Part shown: positions 8,820-16,676 of the stretch, piece after piece
Position numbering within the stretch: the stretch's first letter is position 1
Layout of the letters: each line of letters begins with the position of its first letter
NCBI RefSeq assembly: GCF_016592615.1
Contig: NZ_AP013043.1
Location: 720,001 to 752,000 of the forward strand
Length of the DNA: 32,000 bases
From: Isorropodon fossajaponicum endosymbiont JTNG4
Lineage (GTDB): Bacteria > Pseudomonadota > Gammaproteobacteria > PS1 > Pseudothioglobaceae
Direction: 5' to 3'
Program-made: the position numbers and the translations under genes
Notes under the pieces: generated by a model
What the model was told of the DNA's origin: nothing
Seen by the model: only the letters and a program-made list of their open reading frames with translations
The model's database searches: none

Positions 8820-8863
8820 TGACCTTTACCAAAAAACAACTTGGTAATTTTACCAAAAAATAG

Positions 8864-8876
8864 ATGATAATATCAT
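8864..8876. promoter_or_regulatory. Fur-like palindrome ATGATA-A-TATCAT
   Basis: Perfect 6-1-6 palindrome with the same ATGATA/TATCAT arms as the Fur box at 10113-10133. It lies between yceD and the IS relic that precedes the bfr-like genes. Confidence 0.4.
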
Positions 8877-8918
8877 TCTTTATAGAAAAAAATAATTACT
8901 CAAGCAGATTGTTGATTT

Positions 8919-9297
8919 TGCAATAGTCTAATTTTATTGGACACAAAGATAGCCTTATAATACAAACCATAAGGAGGTCAGTAATGACACAATATAAATC
9001 AAGAAAACAACGAGTGACTTTTACCGTTGAACATTCTGTTCAATACCCCCTTGAGGGGGAAACACTAGATTATGCCAAACTCATGGTGCATGAGAATTAC
9101 ACCAATAAAAAAAATCATGATAATATCAGGAGCTTGCTCCTCAGCAGTTAGCAGATGGAGAAAACAATACCTAGCAGAGCTTGGTGGACAAACACCAGAG
9201 TCAGGCAAACAGCGATTGGGTATTTAACACCTGCTCAAAAGATGGCTGAATTGAAAAAAGCGGCTTGAAATGTGTCCAAGTAGGTTAGAGCATTGCA
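8919..9297 (+). mobile_element. Internally deleted (MITE-like) derivative of the same IS3-family element
   Basis: 8937-9209 matches 3558-3830 with a single mismatch. 9210-9297 encodes the transposase C-terminal tail (...AIGYLTPAQKMAELKKAA*) plus a perfect right IR. 8919-8944 is a degenerate left IR (20/26 identical). Confidence 0.85.
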
Positions 9298-9318
9298 CAC
9301 TCACAATAGGAGAAAAAT

Positions 9319-9672
9319 ATGAAGGTTGATAATAATATTAATCAATCGTTAAACCAAGTGCTTAAAGAATCTGACAGCATGATTAAACGTATTTTGTTTT
9401 TAGAAGGCTTGCCAAATTTACAAGATTTAGGCAAGCTCAACATTGACGAAGATGTGCCTGAAGTTTTAACAGCTAATTTAAATATGGAGCTAAGTTTTAG
9501 AGCCATACTTCAAGTAGCGATTGCTAAGGCTGAAAAGGAGAGGGATTATGTGACTCGTGATTGTCTTAAAGAGTGTTTAGAGGCATGTGAAGATAAATTG
9601 GATTATTTTGAAACACAAATTAGCCTACTTTCAAAGGTAGGTACGGACAATTATCATCAATCAATTATGTAA
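9319..9672 (+). CDS. Bacterioferritin-like protein with an internal deletion of the helix A/B region (possible pseudogene)
   Basis: 117 aa. MKVDNNINQSLNQVLK matches the Bfr N-terminus and then jumps to ...MIKRILFLEGLPNLQDLGKLNIDEDV..., which is nearly identical to E. coli Bfr residues about 57-80. An SD (ATAGGAG) precedes the ATG. Confidence 0.7.
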   Translation: MKVDNNINQSLNQVLKESDSMIKRILFLEGLPNLQDLGKLNIDEDVPEVLTANLNMELSFRAILQVAIAKAEKERDYVTRDCLKECLEACEDKLDYFETQISLLSKVGTDNYHQSIM

Positions 9673-9687
9673 TATAGGAGTGTTAAT

Positions 9688-10008
9688 ATGCATGGCAATA
9701 CAAGCCATGCTGATCAAATTATCAAGCGCTTGCTGTTTTTAGAAGCCACACCAGATTTATCAATTCAAGAAGGTTTGAATATTGGTTGTGATGTGACATC
9801 ATGCATTGAAAATGACCTTAAGCTGGAGTATAAAGTGGCAAACGATTTAAAGAGTGCTGTTAAGTTGTGCGAACAAGAGCAGGATTTTGTTACATGCACG
9901 ATGCTGACAAGTCAGCTAGAAGATACCGAGCAAGACCATACTTATTGGCTGGAAAAACAATTGGGCTTGATTGAAAAATTGGGCTTGCAAAATTATATCC
10001 AATCATAA
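9688..10008 (+). CDS. Bacterioferritin-like protein lacking about 50 N-terminal residues (possible pseudogene)
   Basis: 106 aa. It starts at MHGNTSHADQIIKRLLFLE (Bfr helix B, second half) and retains the EDTEQDH and LGLQNY motifs of helices D/E. Its own SD (ATAGGAG) lies 8 nt upstream. Confidence 0.7.
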   Translation: MHGNTSHADQIIKRLLFLEATPDLSIQEGLNIGCDVTSCIENDLKLEYKVANDLKSAVKLCEQEQDFVTCTMLTSQLEDTEQDHTYWLEKQLGLIEKLGLQNYIQS

Positions 10009-10038
10009 ATGTAAGCTTAGCTTGCTCAAAACGTTTTA

Positions 10039-10067
10039 ATAGCACGATTTTTCGTGCTATCTTTTTA
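10039..10067 (+). terminator. Rho-independent terminator after the bfr-like pair
   Basis: ATAGCACG-attttt-CGTGCTAT forms an 8-bp stem followed by CTTTTTAT. Confidence 0.65.
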
Positions 10068-10102
10068 TGTTATTCCACTAAAAATATTTTTACATAAATG
10101 AC

Positions 10103-10133
10103 TTGCAATTACAAATGATAATGAGTATCATTT
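10103..10133 (+). promoter_or_regulatory. Sigma70-type promoter (TTGCAA-17nt-TATCAT) overlapped by a Fur box
   Basis: AAATGATA-atgag-TATCATTT is a perfect 8-bp inverted repeat. Its core TGATAATGAGTATCA (10116-10130) differs at one position from the 7-1-7 Fur consensus TGATAATnATTATCA. The -35 lies at 10103-10108 and the -10 at 10126-10131. Confidence 0.7.
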
Positions 10134-10208
10134 GTGTTTAAGCTCTTCAAGAGAAGATGCTTACTAATAAATACTAACAAAAAAAATACAATTTAATGGA
10201 GAAGTTTA

Positions 10209-10286
10209 ATGCAAAAGGAATATTTCATATTGTCACAAAAAGAATTGAAAGATTATTTGGCTTATTTTGATAAGTTGGCTAATTAA
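10209..10286 (+). CDS. Candidate 25-aa small ORF downstream of the Fur promoter (very tentative)
   Basis: GGAG at 10198-10201 lies 7 nt before the ATG. The peptide is MQKEYFILSQKELKDYLAYFDKLAN. There is no recognisable family, and it may instead be part of a non-coding leader or sRNA. Confidence 0.2.
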   Translation: MQKEYFILSQKELKDYLAYFDKLAN

Positions 10287-11160
10287 TTAACACAGGTTAG
10301 AAATGTATTGCTTATCTCTGTTCGCTAATTATCTCCGATAGCAATCATTTCAACACCGCCTCATGCTCTTAAATCAAGTGTGAGGCAAACCAAAAAATGC
10401 ATGACGGGTTTATCTCAATCCCTCAAATTCAATGGGTAAATTGGTTATGCTGGCTAGCCCCAGCCTTGTAGGGGCAATTATTTAACATGGAAAAATAAAT
10501 GAAAAACAAAAATAACCACCGATACAACAAATTTAGCAGGAAAAAATATCATAACACCATCAAGTAAATCTAAGTCTTGCCATGATTGCTGTGGTGGTTG
10601 TGCTAATAAAATATAAGTATGTTTGGTTTTTGGCAAAAATATAAACTTAGTTACCTGCGTAGTCATAATCGACTAGATTTAGATTCTATGTGGCGTTTTA
10701 ATTTGCCAAACCAAATGATTAAACAAACATTTCTTGATGAAATAAAGAAAGACTCAAGCAATCATTTTGAATAAGAATCGGGAGTACGAAAAGAGTGATT
10801 ATTAATAAAATTAAATTAAGTGCAAATACTAGATCTATGGAAATTAGTTTAATTAATAGCGTGGCTAAGTATTTAAGAGATTTTAATGATTCACTTTTAA
10901 TTGAGAATGAACTTGATTTGAATGAAATTCAGCTATTAAATAATATCTTTGCTTGTTAAGTTGTTTGAGCTGCTAAGAAAATGATATATCACAAAATTCT
11001 TATATTGTATTGCAAATAAGAACTGATATCATTTACTAACTCAAAAAATTAACCCTCTAACAAAAATAAAAGAAGGTGAATGAAGAGTGATGCGTATAAG
11101 CATCAAATTTGCAGGAATAGTTCTGCGACATTTCTAATTAAAATATATAGGATAGACACA

Positions 11161-12047
11161 ATGAAAAGAAATAAGGTAATAGCATTAAGTATGTTAATTG
11201 TTGGCACAACTGTACTTGCAGATACAGAATATAGATACATTAAAAGATCGTATTACTGCTTTAGAGACAACGCAATCAGCAACAAGTGTTAGTGGTTTGA
11301 TTGAAATGGTATACAGTTCAAGTAATGACAAGGTTGAGTTTGGCGATTTAGAACTGACTGTTTCACATGCAGTAAATGAGCAGTTTGATGGCACAATCAA
11401 AGTTAAAAGAAGAGGGGAAGATGACCCCACTAAAGAAGACGATATTATTTTAGATGAGGCAATGATTAATTATCACAATGGTGGCTTTACAGCTAGTATA
11501 GGTCGTATTGGCGTGCCATTTAGTGCTTATGAAACTGGCATGATAACAGACCCACTTACCAAGGGCATAACGAGTGCTGATAAGGGGGCAGCAAAGATAT
11601 GCTAATTTAAGCGATGTTCAAGCTTCTATTTATAGTTATAAAGACACTGATAACGATACTGGTATTAGTATTAATTATGGCAATGATATTTTTAGTGCTG
11701 GCATAGATTACTTCAAAGATGGCACAACAGGTTACGACAGTTCTAATGCTTATCATTTAGGAGTTAGTTTGGACAATGGCTTGGGCTTTTATTATGAAGC
11801 TGTGAAAACTAACCAAAGCGTTGCAAATAGCATTAAGGCACAACATACTGAGTTGAGTTATGCTCACCAATTAAAAGGCATGGATGCTAGTCTTAATTTG
11901 GCTTATAGTAAGATTGATGATGGCGATAAGCAAAAAGGTTTGACTTATAGTCTTTCACTAGCAGAAGGTGTTACTGTCTTTTTTGAAAACAAAAAAGTGG
12001 ATGGACAAAAAGCAGTCAATGGCTTAAAAGTTGCTTACGAATTCTAA
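11161..12047 (+). pseudogene. Outer-membrane porin-like beta-barrel protein, split over three frames
   Basis: The signal peptide MKRNKVIALSMLIVGTTVLA (frame 1) continues as IDTLKDRITALETTQSATSVSGLIEMVY... (frame 2). It then continues as ...ANLSDVQASIYSYKD...GLTYSLSLAEGVTVFFENKK...LKVAYEF* (frame 3). The sequence shows alternating beta-strand patterns and a terminal Phe typical of OM barrels. One shift lies near 11225-11235 and one near the G5 run at about 11583-11587. Confidence 0.6.
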
Positions 12048-12096
12048 TGAAAGCAAATATTTTGAGTAAAATTTTTAAATTTAAGGAGAAATACAC

Positions 12097-13404
12097 ATGA
12101 AAGTACAAAAAAAATTGATAGTTTCATCTGCTTTAACAGTGGCAATGGCAATCTCTACTGTAAGCGCATTTTGGGGTAGTGATGAGGCTAACCCATTGTT
12201 AAGTACTTATGCAAACATTGCAACGGCAAACTACACGGATGCTTTAAATGGTGCTAAAACACTAAAGGAAAAGCTCAGAGATTTTACTAATCGTCCCACA
12301 ATAGTTTTGATGGAAAATGCTAAAGCAGCATGGCTAAATGCTCGTGAATCTTATGGTCAAACGGAAGCGTTCAGATTGTCTAATGGACCTATTGATGCAG
12401 AGGAAGGTTGGTACACGTCTTATGGTGCGCCAGAAGGGCAATTAAATGCTTGGCCGTTAGATGAAAATATGATTGATTATACGACTAATGCTAAGGGTAG
12501 GAAAACGTCAGGTAATATTATTGACACCAAAGGCATATTCAATCCAGGTGGTGAAAACCCAACAGCGGTTGATGTCAGTATAATTACTCCTAGTGTATTA
12601 GCGGCTCTTAATGAAAATGGTGGCGATGCTAATGTTGCAACGGGCTATCACGCAATTGAATTTTTATTATGGGGTCAAGACCAAGATTATACTAATTTTA
12701 TGAAAGATAGTGTAACCAATGGTGCGTTGGTAGCAGGTCAAAGAGCGCTTTCTGATTATACGACTAATGCAAATGCTGATCGTCGCAAGGAATATTTAAA
12801 TGCAGCAGCAAGTCTAATTGTTTCTGATTTAGAGTCAATGGTTTCAGCTTGGGCAGATGGTGATAGCACTAATTACAAGGCAGCGTTATTGGGTAAAAAT
12901 TCTGATGCAACTAAGAATATTGACACGAAAGTAGCATTAAGACAAATCTTTTCTGGTTTGGGTGTTTTTATTAAGTCCGAGCTTGCTAATGAGCGTATCG
13001 CAGTGGCGGTGCTTACACCTTCTGAAGAGGACGAGCACAGTTGTTTTTCTGATAACACGCATCGTGATATTACGCAAAATTTCCAAGGCTTTAAGAATTT
13101 GTTGTTTGGTACTTATGATGGTGTTGACTATGGCGTAGCACCTATTGATGCGATGAAAGATAAAACCAAGTTGATGGATTTAATTGCATCGGCTAATGCC
13201 AAAATTAATCAAATGAATACATTGGCACAAGTGAGCCGTCATTTTGATTATCAAATTCGCCCGAATGATACACAAGCTAGACAAATCAAAAAACTTAAAA
13301 ATGAGTTAAGAGCTATTGGCGATCAAATGATTTATGTGGCAAAATCAAATGGTGTTGATTTGACGGTTGGAGATATAACGGATGTTGAGGAAACCAAACT
13401 ATAA
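12097..13404 (+). CDS. Imelysin family (peptidase M75 / IrpA-like) periplasmic protein
   Basis: 435 aa with a signal peptide (MKVQKKLIVSSALTVAMAISTVSA) and the imelysin HxxE signature in GYHAIEFLLWGQD. Confidence 0.8.
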   Translation: MKVQKKLIVSSALTVAMAISTVSAFWGSDEANPLLSTYANIATANYTDALNGAKTLKEKLRDFTNRPTIVLMENAKAAWLNARESYGQTEAFRLSNGPIDAEEGWYTSYGAPEGQLNAWPLDENMIDYTTNAKGRKTSGNIIDTKGIFNPGGENPTAVDVSIITPSVLAALNENGGDANVATGYHAIEFLLWGQDQDYTNFMKDSVTNGALVAGQRALSDYTTNANADRRKEYLNAAASLIVSDLESMVSAWADGDSTNYKAALLGKNSDATKNIDTKVALRQIFSGLGVFIKSELANERIAVAVLTPSEEDEHSCFSDNTHRDITQNFQGFKNLLFGTYDGVDYGVAPIDAMKDKTKLMDLIASANAKINQMNTLAQVSRHFDYQIRPNDTQARQIKKLKNELRAIGDQMIYVAKSNGVDLTVGDITDVEETKL

Positions 13405-14749
13405 ACGTTTAGTAATTCTTAGCATATCAACCCTTGCTGTTAGTCTAATGGCAAGGGTTTTTGCTAATGGCTTAGAAGATTTATCAACCCGTATATTAAA
13501 CCAATCTTTTACACAAATTCAGCTTGACTTAAATAATGATGAGGTGGATGAGTTTATTTTAGGCAAAAGTTTTTTTCGCATTCCTTGGGTTCAAGCACCT
13601 TCTGCAACAACAGCACGTGATGGATTAGGCCCGTTATTTAGTGCCAATACTTGTGTTAATTGTCATGCAAAAAATGGTCGCGGCAAAGTATTTGAAGCAA
13701 ACAATATTGTTGATAAGTCGCATGTGATACGCTTGTCTATACTGTCCAATGGCACCGATGAACATCAGCGTATGACGGCCAAAATTGGCTTTATTCCTGA
13801 GCCAAGTTATGGCGCTCAAATTAGTATTAATGGTGTGTTAGGTGTGCCTTTTGAAGCCAAGCCCTTAGTGCATTATTCAACTAAAGATATTTACTATCCT
13901 GATGGCGTTATTGTTACCTTGCAGAAACCAACAATTAAGTTAAAAAATTTAGGTTATGGCGATTTACACCCTAATACAATTGTCAGTGCTAGGATTGCAC
14001 CAGCACTTGTGGGATTGGGTTTATTAGAGCAAATTACTGATGCGCAAATCCTAGCCAATGAAGATGTTCATGATGCTAATCATGATGGCATTTCTGGCAA
14101 AGCCAATCGAGTTTGGTCAAGTCAAATCAGGCAAATGGAGATTGGTCGCTATACTTGGAAGGCTTCTGCACCAACGGTAAGGCATCAATCAGCTAATGCT
14201 GCTATTAATGATATGGGTTTGACTAATCCTATTCATGAACATCAGTCGTGTACGCCAATACAAGTTGCATGTATTAATGCTTCAAAAGACGGGGAAAAGC
14301 ATGAGCTGACAGCACAAAGATTAAGCGCCATTAGTTACTATTTGACACACTTAAAATTGCCAAAATCTATTGTTAAAGAACATCAAGGACAAAGACTATT
14401 CTCTGAAATTGGCTGCTCGCAATGCCACGTTCCAAGTTACTCACTACCCAACACTACTATATATCCATATAGTGATTTTCTATTGCATGATATGGGGAAG
14501 GGTTTGGCAGATTCTCGTTCAGAGTTTGATGCCTTGGGCAATGAATGGCGTACACCACCATTATGGAGACTGGGTAGAGCTGCTTTAATACTCAAAGATA
14601 ATAAGAATTTTTTGCATGATGGTCGTGCACGCAACCTTGAACAAGCAATCCTTTGGCATGGTGGTGAGGCTGAAAAGTCTAAAACTTTGTTTATGAATTT
14701 ACCTATTAATAGTAGGGGTAAAATATTGCAATTTTTGAATGAAATATAG
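13382..14749 (+). CDS. DUF1111 di-haem cytochrome c peroxidase-like protein (often annotated as thiol oxidoreductase)
   Basis: 455 aa with a signal peptide and two CxxCH haem motifs (CVNCH and CSQCH). It ends ...LWHGGEAE.... It overlaps the preceding gene by 23 nt. Confidence 0.8.
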   Translation: MLRKPNYKRLVILSISTLAVSLMARVFANGLEDLSTRILNQSFTQIQLDLNNDEVDEFILGKSFFRIPWVQAPSATTARDGLGPLFSANTCVNCHAKNGRGKVFEANNIVDKSHVIRLSILSNGTDEHQRMTAKIGFIPEPSYGAQISINGVLGVPFEAKPLVHYSTKDIYYPDGVIVTLQKPTIKLKNLGYGDLHPNTIVSARIAPALVGLGLLEQITDAQILANEDVHDANHDGISGKANRVWSSQIRQMEIGRYTWKASAPTVRHQSANAAINDMGLTNPIHEHQSCTPIQVACINASKDGEKHELTAQRLSAISYYLTHLKLPKSIVKEHQGQRLFSEIGCSQCHVPSYSLPNTTIYPYSDFLLHDMGKGLADSRSEFDALGNEWRTPPLWRLGRAALILKDNKNFLHDGRARNLEQAILWHGGEAEKSKTLFMNLPINSRGKILQFLNEI

Positions 14750-14758
14750 GGCGAATTG

Positions 14759-15724
14759 ATGAAATACTTGATGGCGGTTGTTTTTTTGCTTGTGTCAGTT
14801 GGTGTAAATGCAGTTGGCGAAAAATTCTTTAACCAAGTTATTATTGTTAATGCTGTATCAGCTATTAAAAATGCTGAGTTGTTGATTGATAGTATTAACC
14901 AATCTAATCAGACAGTCGTTAAAAGGCAATTTGGTAACTTAGTTTCAAGTTGGAAAAAAGTCGAAACCACTTATTTATTAGGTGATTTAAATGAGGATTA
15001 TTTAGACACACCAAGATATATTGATATATTTCATGGCAATAATGAGAATATCAAATCTCAACTAGATTTAATTAATAATAATAATGATGTGCTATCTAGT
15101 GCTATGTACAAGCATTTACATAAAACCATTAACGCCTTGGAATATATACTTTTTACAAAAGATTTGTCCCATCAAAGGGTTAAAAATATGGCGTTAATGA
15201 TTACTAGGTCAATCAAAAACTATTTGTCTGAAATTCTAAATGGTTATAAGGCACATCAATCAAAATTTCCTGAAAGCGAGCAATATGCCAGTGCAATTTT
15301 GCTAAATACTTTGGTTGACGGTACTTATAAACTTAAAGAGTGGCGTATTGGTGATGTGGCTAGTTTGAGTAAGAAATTTAAGAATAGACCAAACAATCAT
15401 AGGGCAGAATACGCAATTAGTGGCAATAGCATGAATGCCATTAAAGCCATTCTTGCAGCACAAGTTCAGGTTATTAATTCACCAGATTATCAAGATTTCG
15501 GCGATATTGCGCGTCAATTTAAAGCAATCAAAGAGATTAACCAAGCCATTAGCGCATTAAATGATTCAATTGCTAATGCGAATGATATGTCCGAGTTTGA
15601 TTTTATTAATAACAAGGGTAGGCGCTTATACCAGTCAACCAATAGGCTTATGCAAGCTTATTATATTTCTTTAATGGACAGACTGGGATTTGTCTCTAAG
15701 GTATTGGATGCTGATGGAGATTAA
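14759..15724 (+). CDS. Imelysin-like protein lacking the metal-binding His
   Basis: About 321 aa with a signal peptide (MKYLMAVVFLLVSVGVNA). The position equivalent to HxxE reads INALEYILF (NxxE). It occupies the position of the second, divergent imelysin paralogue in imelysin/DUF1111 clusters. Confidence 0.65.
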   Translation: MKYLMAVVFLLVSVGVNAVGEKFFNQVIIVNAVSAIKNAELLIDSINQSNQTVVKRQFGNLVSSWKKVETTYLLGDLNEDYLDTPRYIDIFHGNNENIKSQLDLINNNNDVLSSAMYKHLHKTINALEYILFTKDLSHQRVKNMALMITRSIKNYLSEILNGYKAHQSKFPESEQYASAILLNTLVDGTYKLKEWRIGDVASLSKKFKNRPNNHRAEYAISGNSMNAIKAILAAQVQVINSPDYQDFGDIARQFKAIKEINQAISALNDSIANANDMSEFDFINNKGRRLYQSTNRLMQAYYISLMDRLGFVSKVLDADGD

Positions 15725-16676
15725 TCCACTTGAATATTTAATAAACCCTCATAAGCGAATTTATTGGCTGTTTTTGTTAAGTTCACTGGTGATTGCTTTT
15801 ATTTTTTTAAAGCATCATCCAAAACAAAAGTGTATTATTTTGTCAAAAAAACTGTGGCTACACTCTTCTAGTTTATTGGATTATGGCTATTTCATTTTTT
15901 CTGTATTTTTTAAAGTTATGGTTATTTTGCCAATACTGATGAGTGCTAAAGAAGTGGCATTATTTGTTAATATTACTTTATTAGATCAATACGGTTTTGT
16001 ACGTATAGATGGCTTTTCTTATGTGCAAGTGATGGTGATATTTACACTTAGTTTATTTATTTTAAGCGATTTCACCCGCTACTGGTTACATCGTCTATTG
16101 CACTTTGTGTCATGGTTGTGGGCGTTTCATAAAGTGCACCACAGTGCCAAAGTTTTAAATCCATTGACGTTTTATCGAGTGCATCCTGTGGAATCCTTGT
16201 TATTCGGCTTGCGTTATTCCATGAGTATTGGTTTTGTGACGGGTATTTTTGTATTTTTATTTGGCAGCTTGGTGGGTGTTTATGATATTTTAGGGGCTAA
16301 TTTATTTTCTTTTATGTTTTCATTATTAGGCTCTAATCTTAGGCATTCACATATTAAGTTAGGTTTTGGCAATGTGGTTGAGCGATTTTTAATTTCTCCA
16401 CTACAACATCAAATTCACCATTCTAGAAACCATGTTAATACCAATTTTGGTGGTTTTTTGTCAATCTGGGATTATCTATTTGGTACATTAACCCTTTCAA
16501 AAAATGTAACTAATATTAAATTTGGCTTAGAAAAGGCGCAGATGAAAAACTTTCAAAGCCTGCAAGGTTTATTACTTTTCCCTTTTGTTGCTATTTATAA
16601 GCAAATAAAAAGCAAACATTTTATATCGTATTTTGTAGCATTATGCCAATTTCAAAGACTAAAAAAAGAACAATGA
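15708..16676 (+). CDS. Fatty acid hydroxylase / sterol desaturase superfamily integral membrane protein
   Basis: It has multiple TM helices and the three His boxes HRLLH, HKVHH and HQIHH of membrane di-iron hydroxylases. The start is ambiguous (15690, 15708 or 15714) and overlaps the end of the preceding gene. Confidence 0.8.
   Translation: MLMEINPLEYLINPHKRIYWLFLLSSLVIAFIFLKHHPKQKCIILSKKLWLHSSSLLDYGYFIFSVFFKVMVILPILMSAKEVALFVNITLLDQYGFVRIDGFSYVQVMVIFTLSLFILSDFTRYWLHRLLHFVSWLWAFHKVHHSAKVLNPLTFYRVHPVESLLFGLRYSMSIGFVTGIFVFLFGSLVGVYDILGANLFSFMFSLLGSNLRHSHIKLGFGNVVERFLISPLQHQIHHSRNHVNTNFGGFLSIWDYLFGTLTLSKNVTNIKFGLEKAQMKNFQSLQGLLLFPFVAIYKQIKSKHFISYFVALCQFQRLKKEQ

Noticed and set aside
8825-8860. 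12-bp direct repeat TTTACCAAAAAA x2 (8825-8836 and 8849-8860) upstream of yceD
   Set aside because: The sequence is A-rich and low-complexity, with only two copies. No function can be argued from sequence alone.
10478-10666. 62-aa minus-strand ORF in the gene-poor region
   Set aside because: No SD and no recognisable motif, and it consists largely of translated A/T runs. I treated the region as non-coding or decayed.
10796-10958. GTG-initiated 54-aa ORF (VIINKIKLSANTRSMEISL...) faintly reminiscent of the N-terminus of SMC/AAA-type ATPases
   Set aside because: The resemblance rests on a few residues only, there is no Walker A, and it is too short. It could be a gene fossil, but that cannot be supported without a search.
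11012-11034. Possible second Fur box upstream of the porin (GCAAATAAGAACTGATATCATTT)
   Set aside because: Only one good half-site plus the short palindrome TGATATCA is present. It is mentioned in the operon finding as weak support but not listed as a feature.
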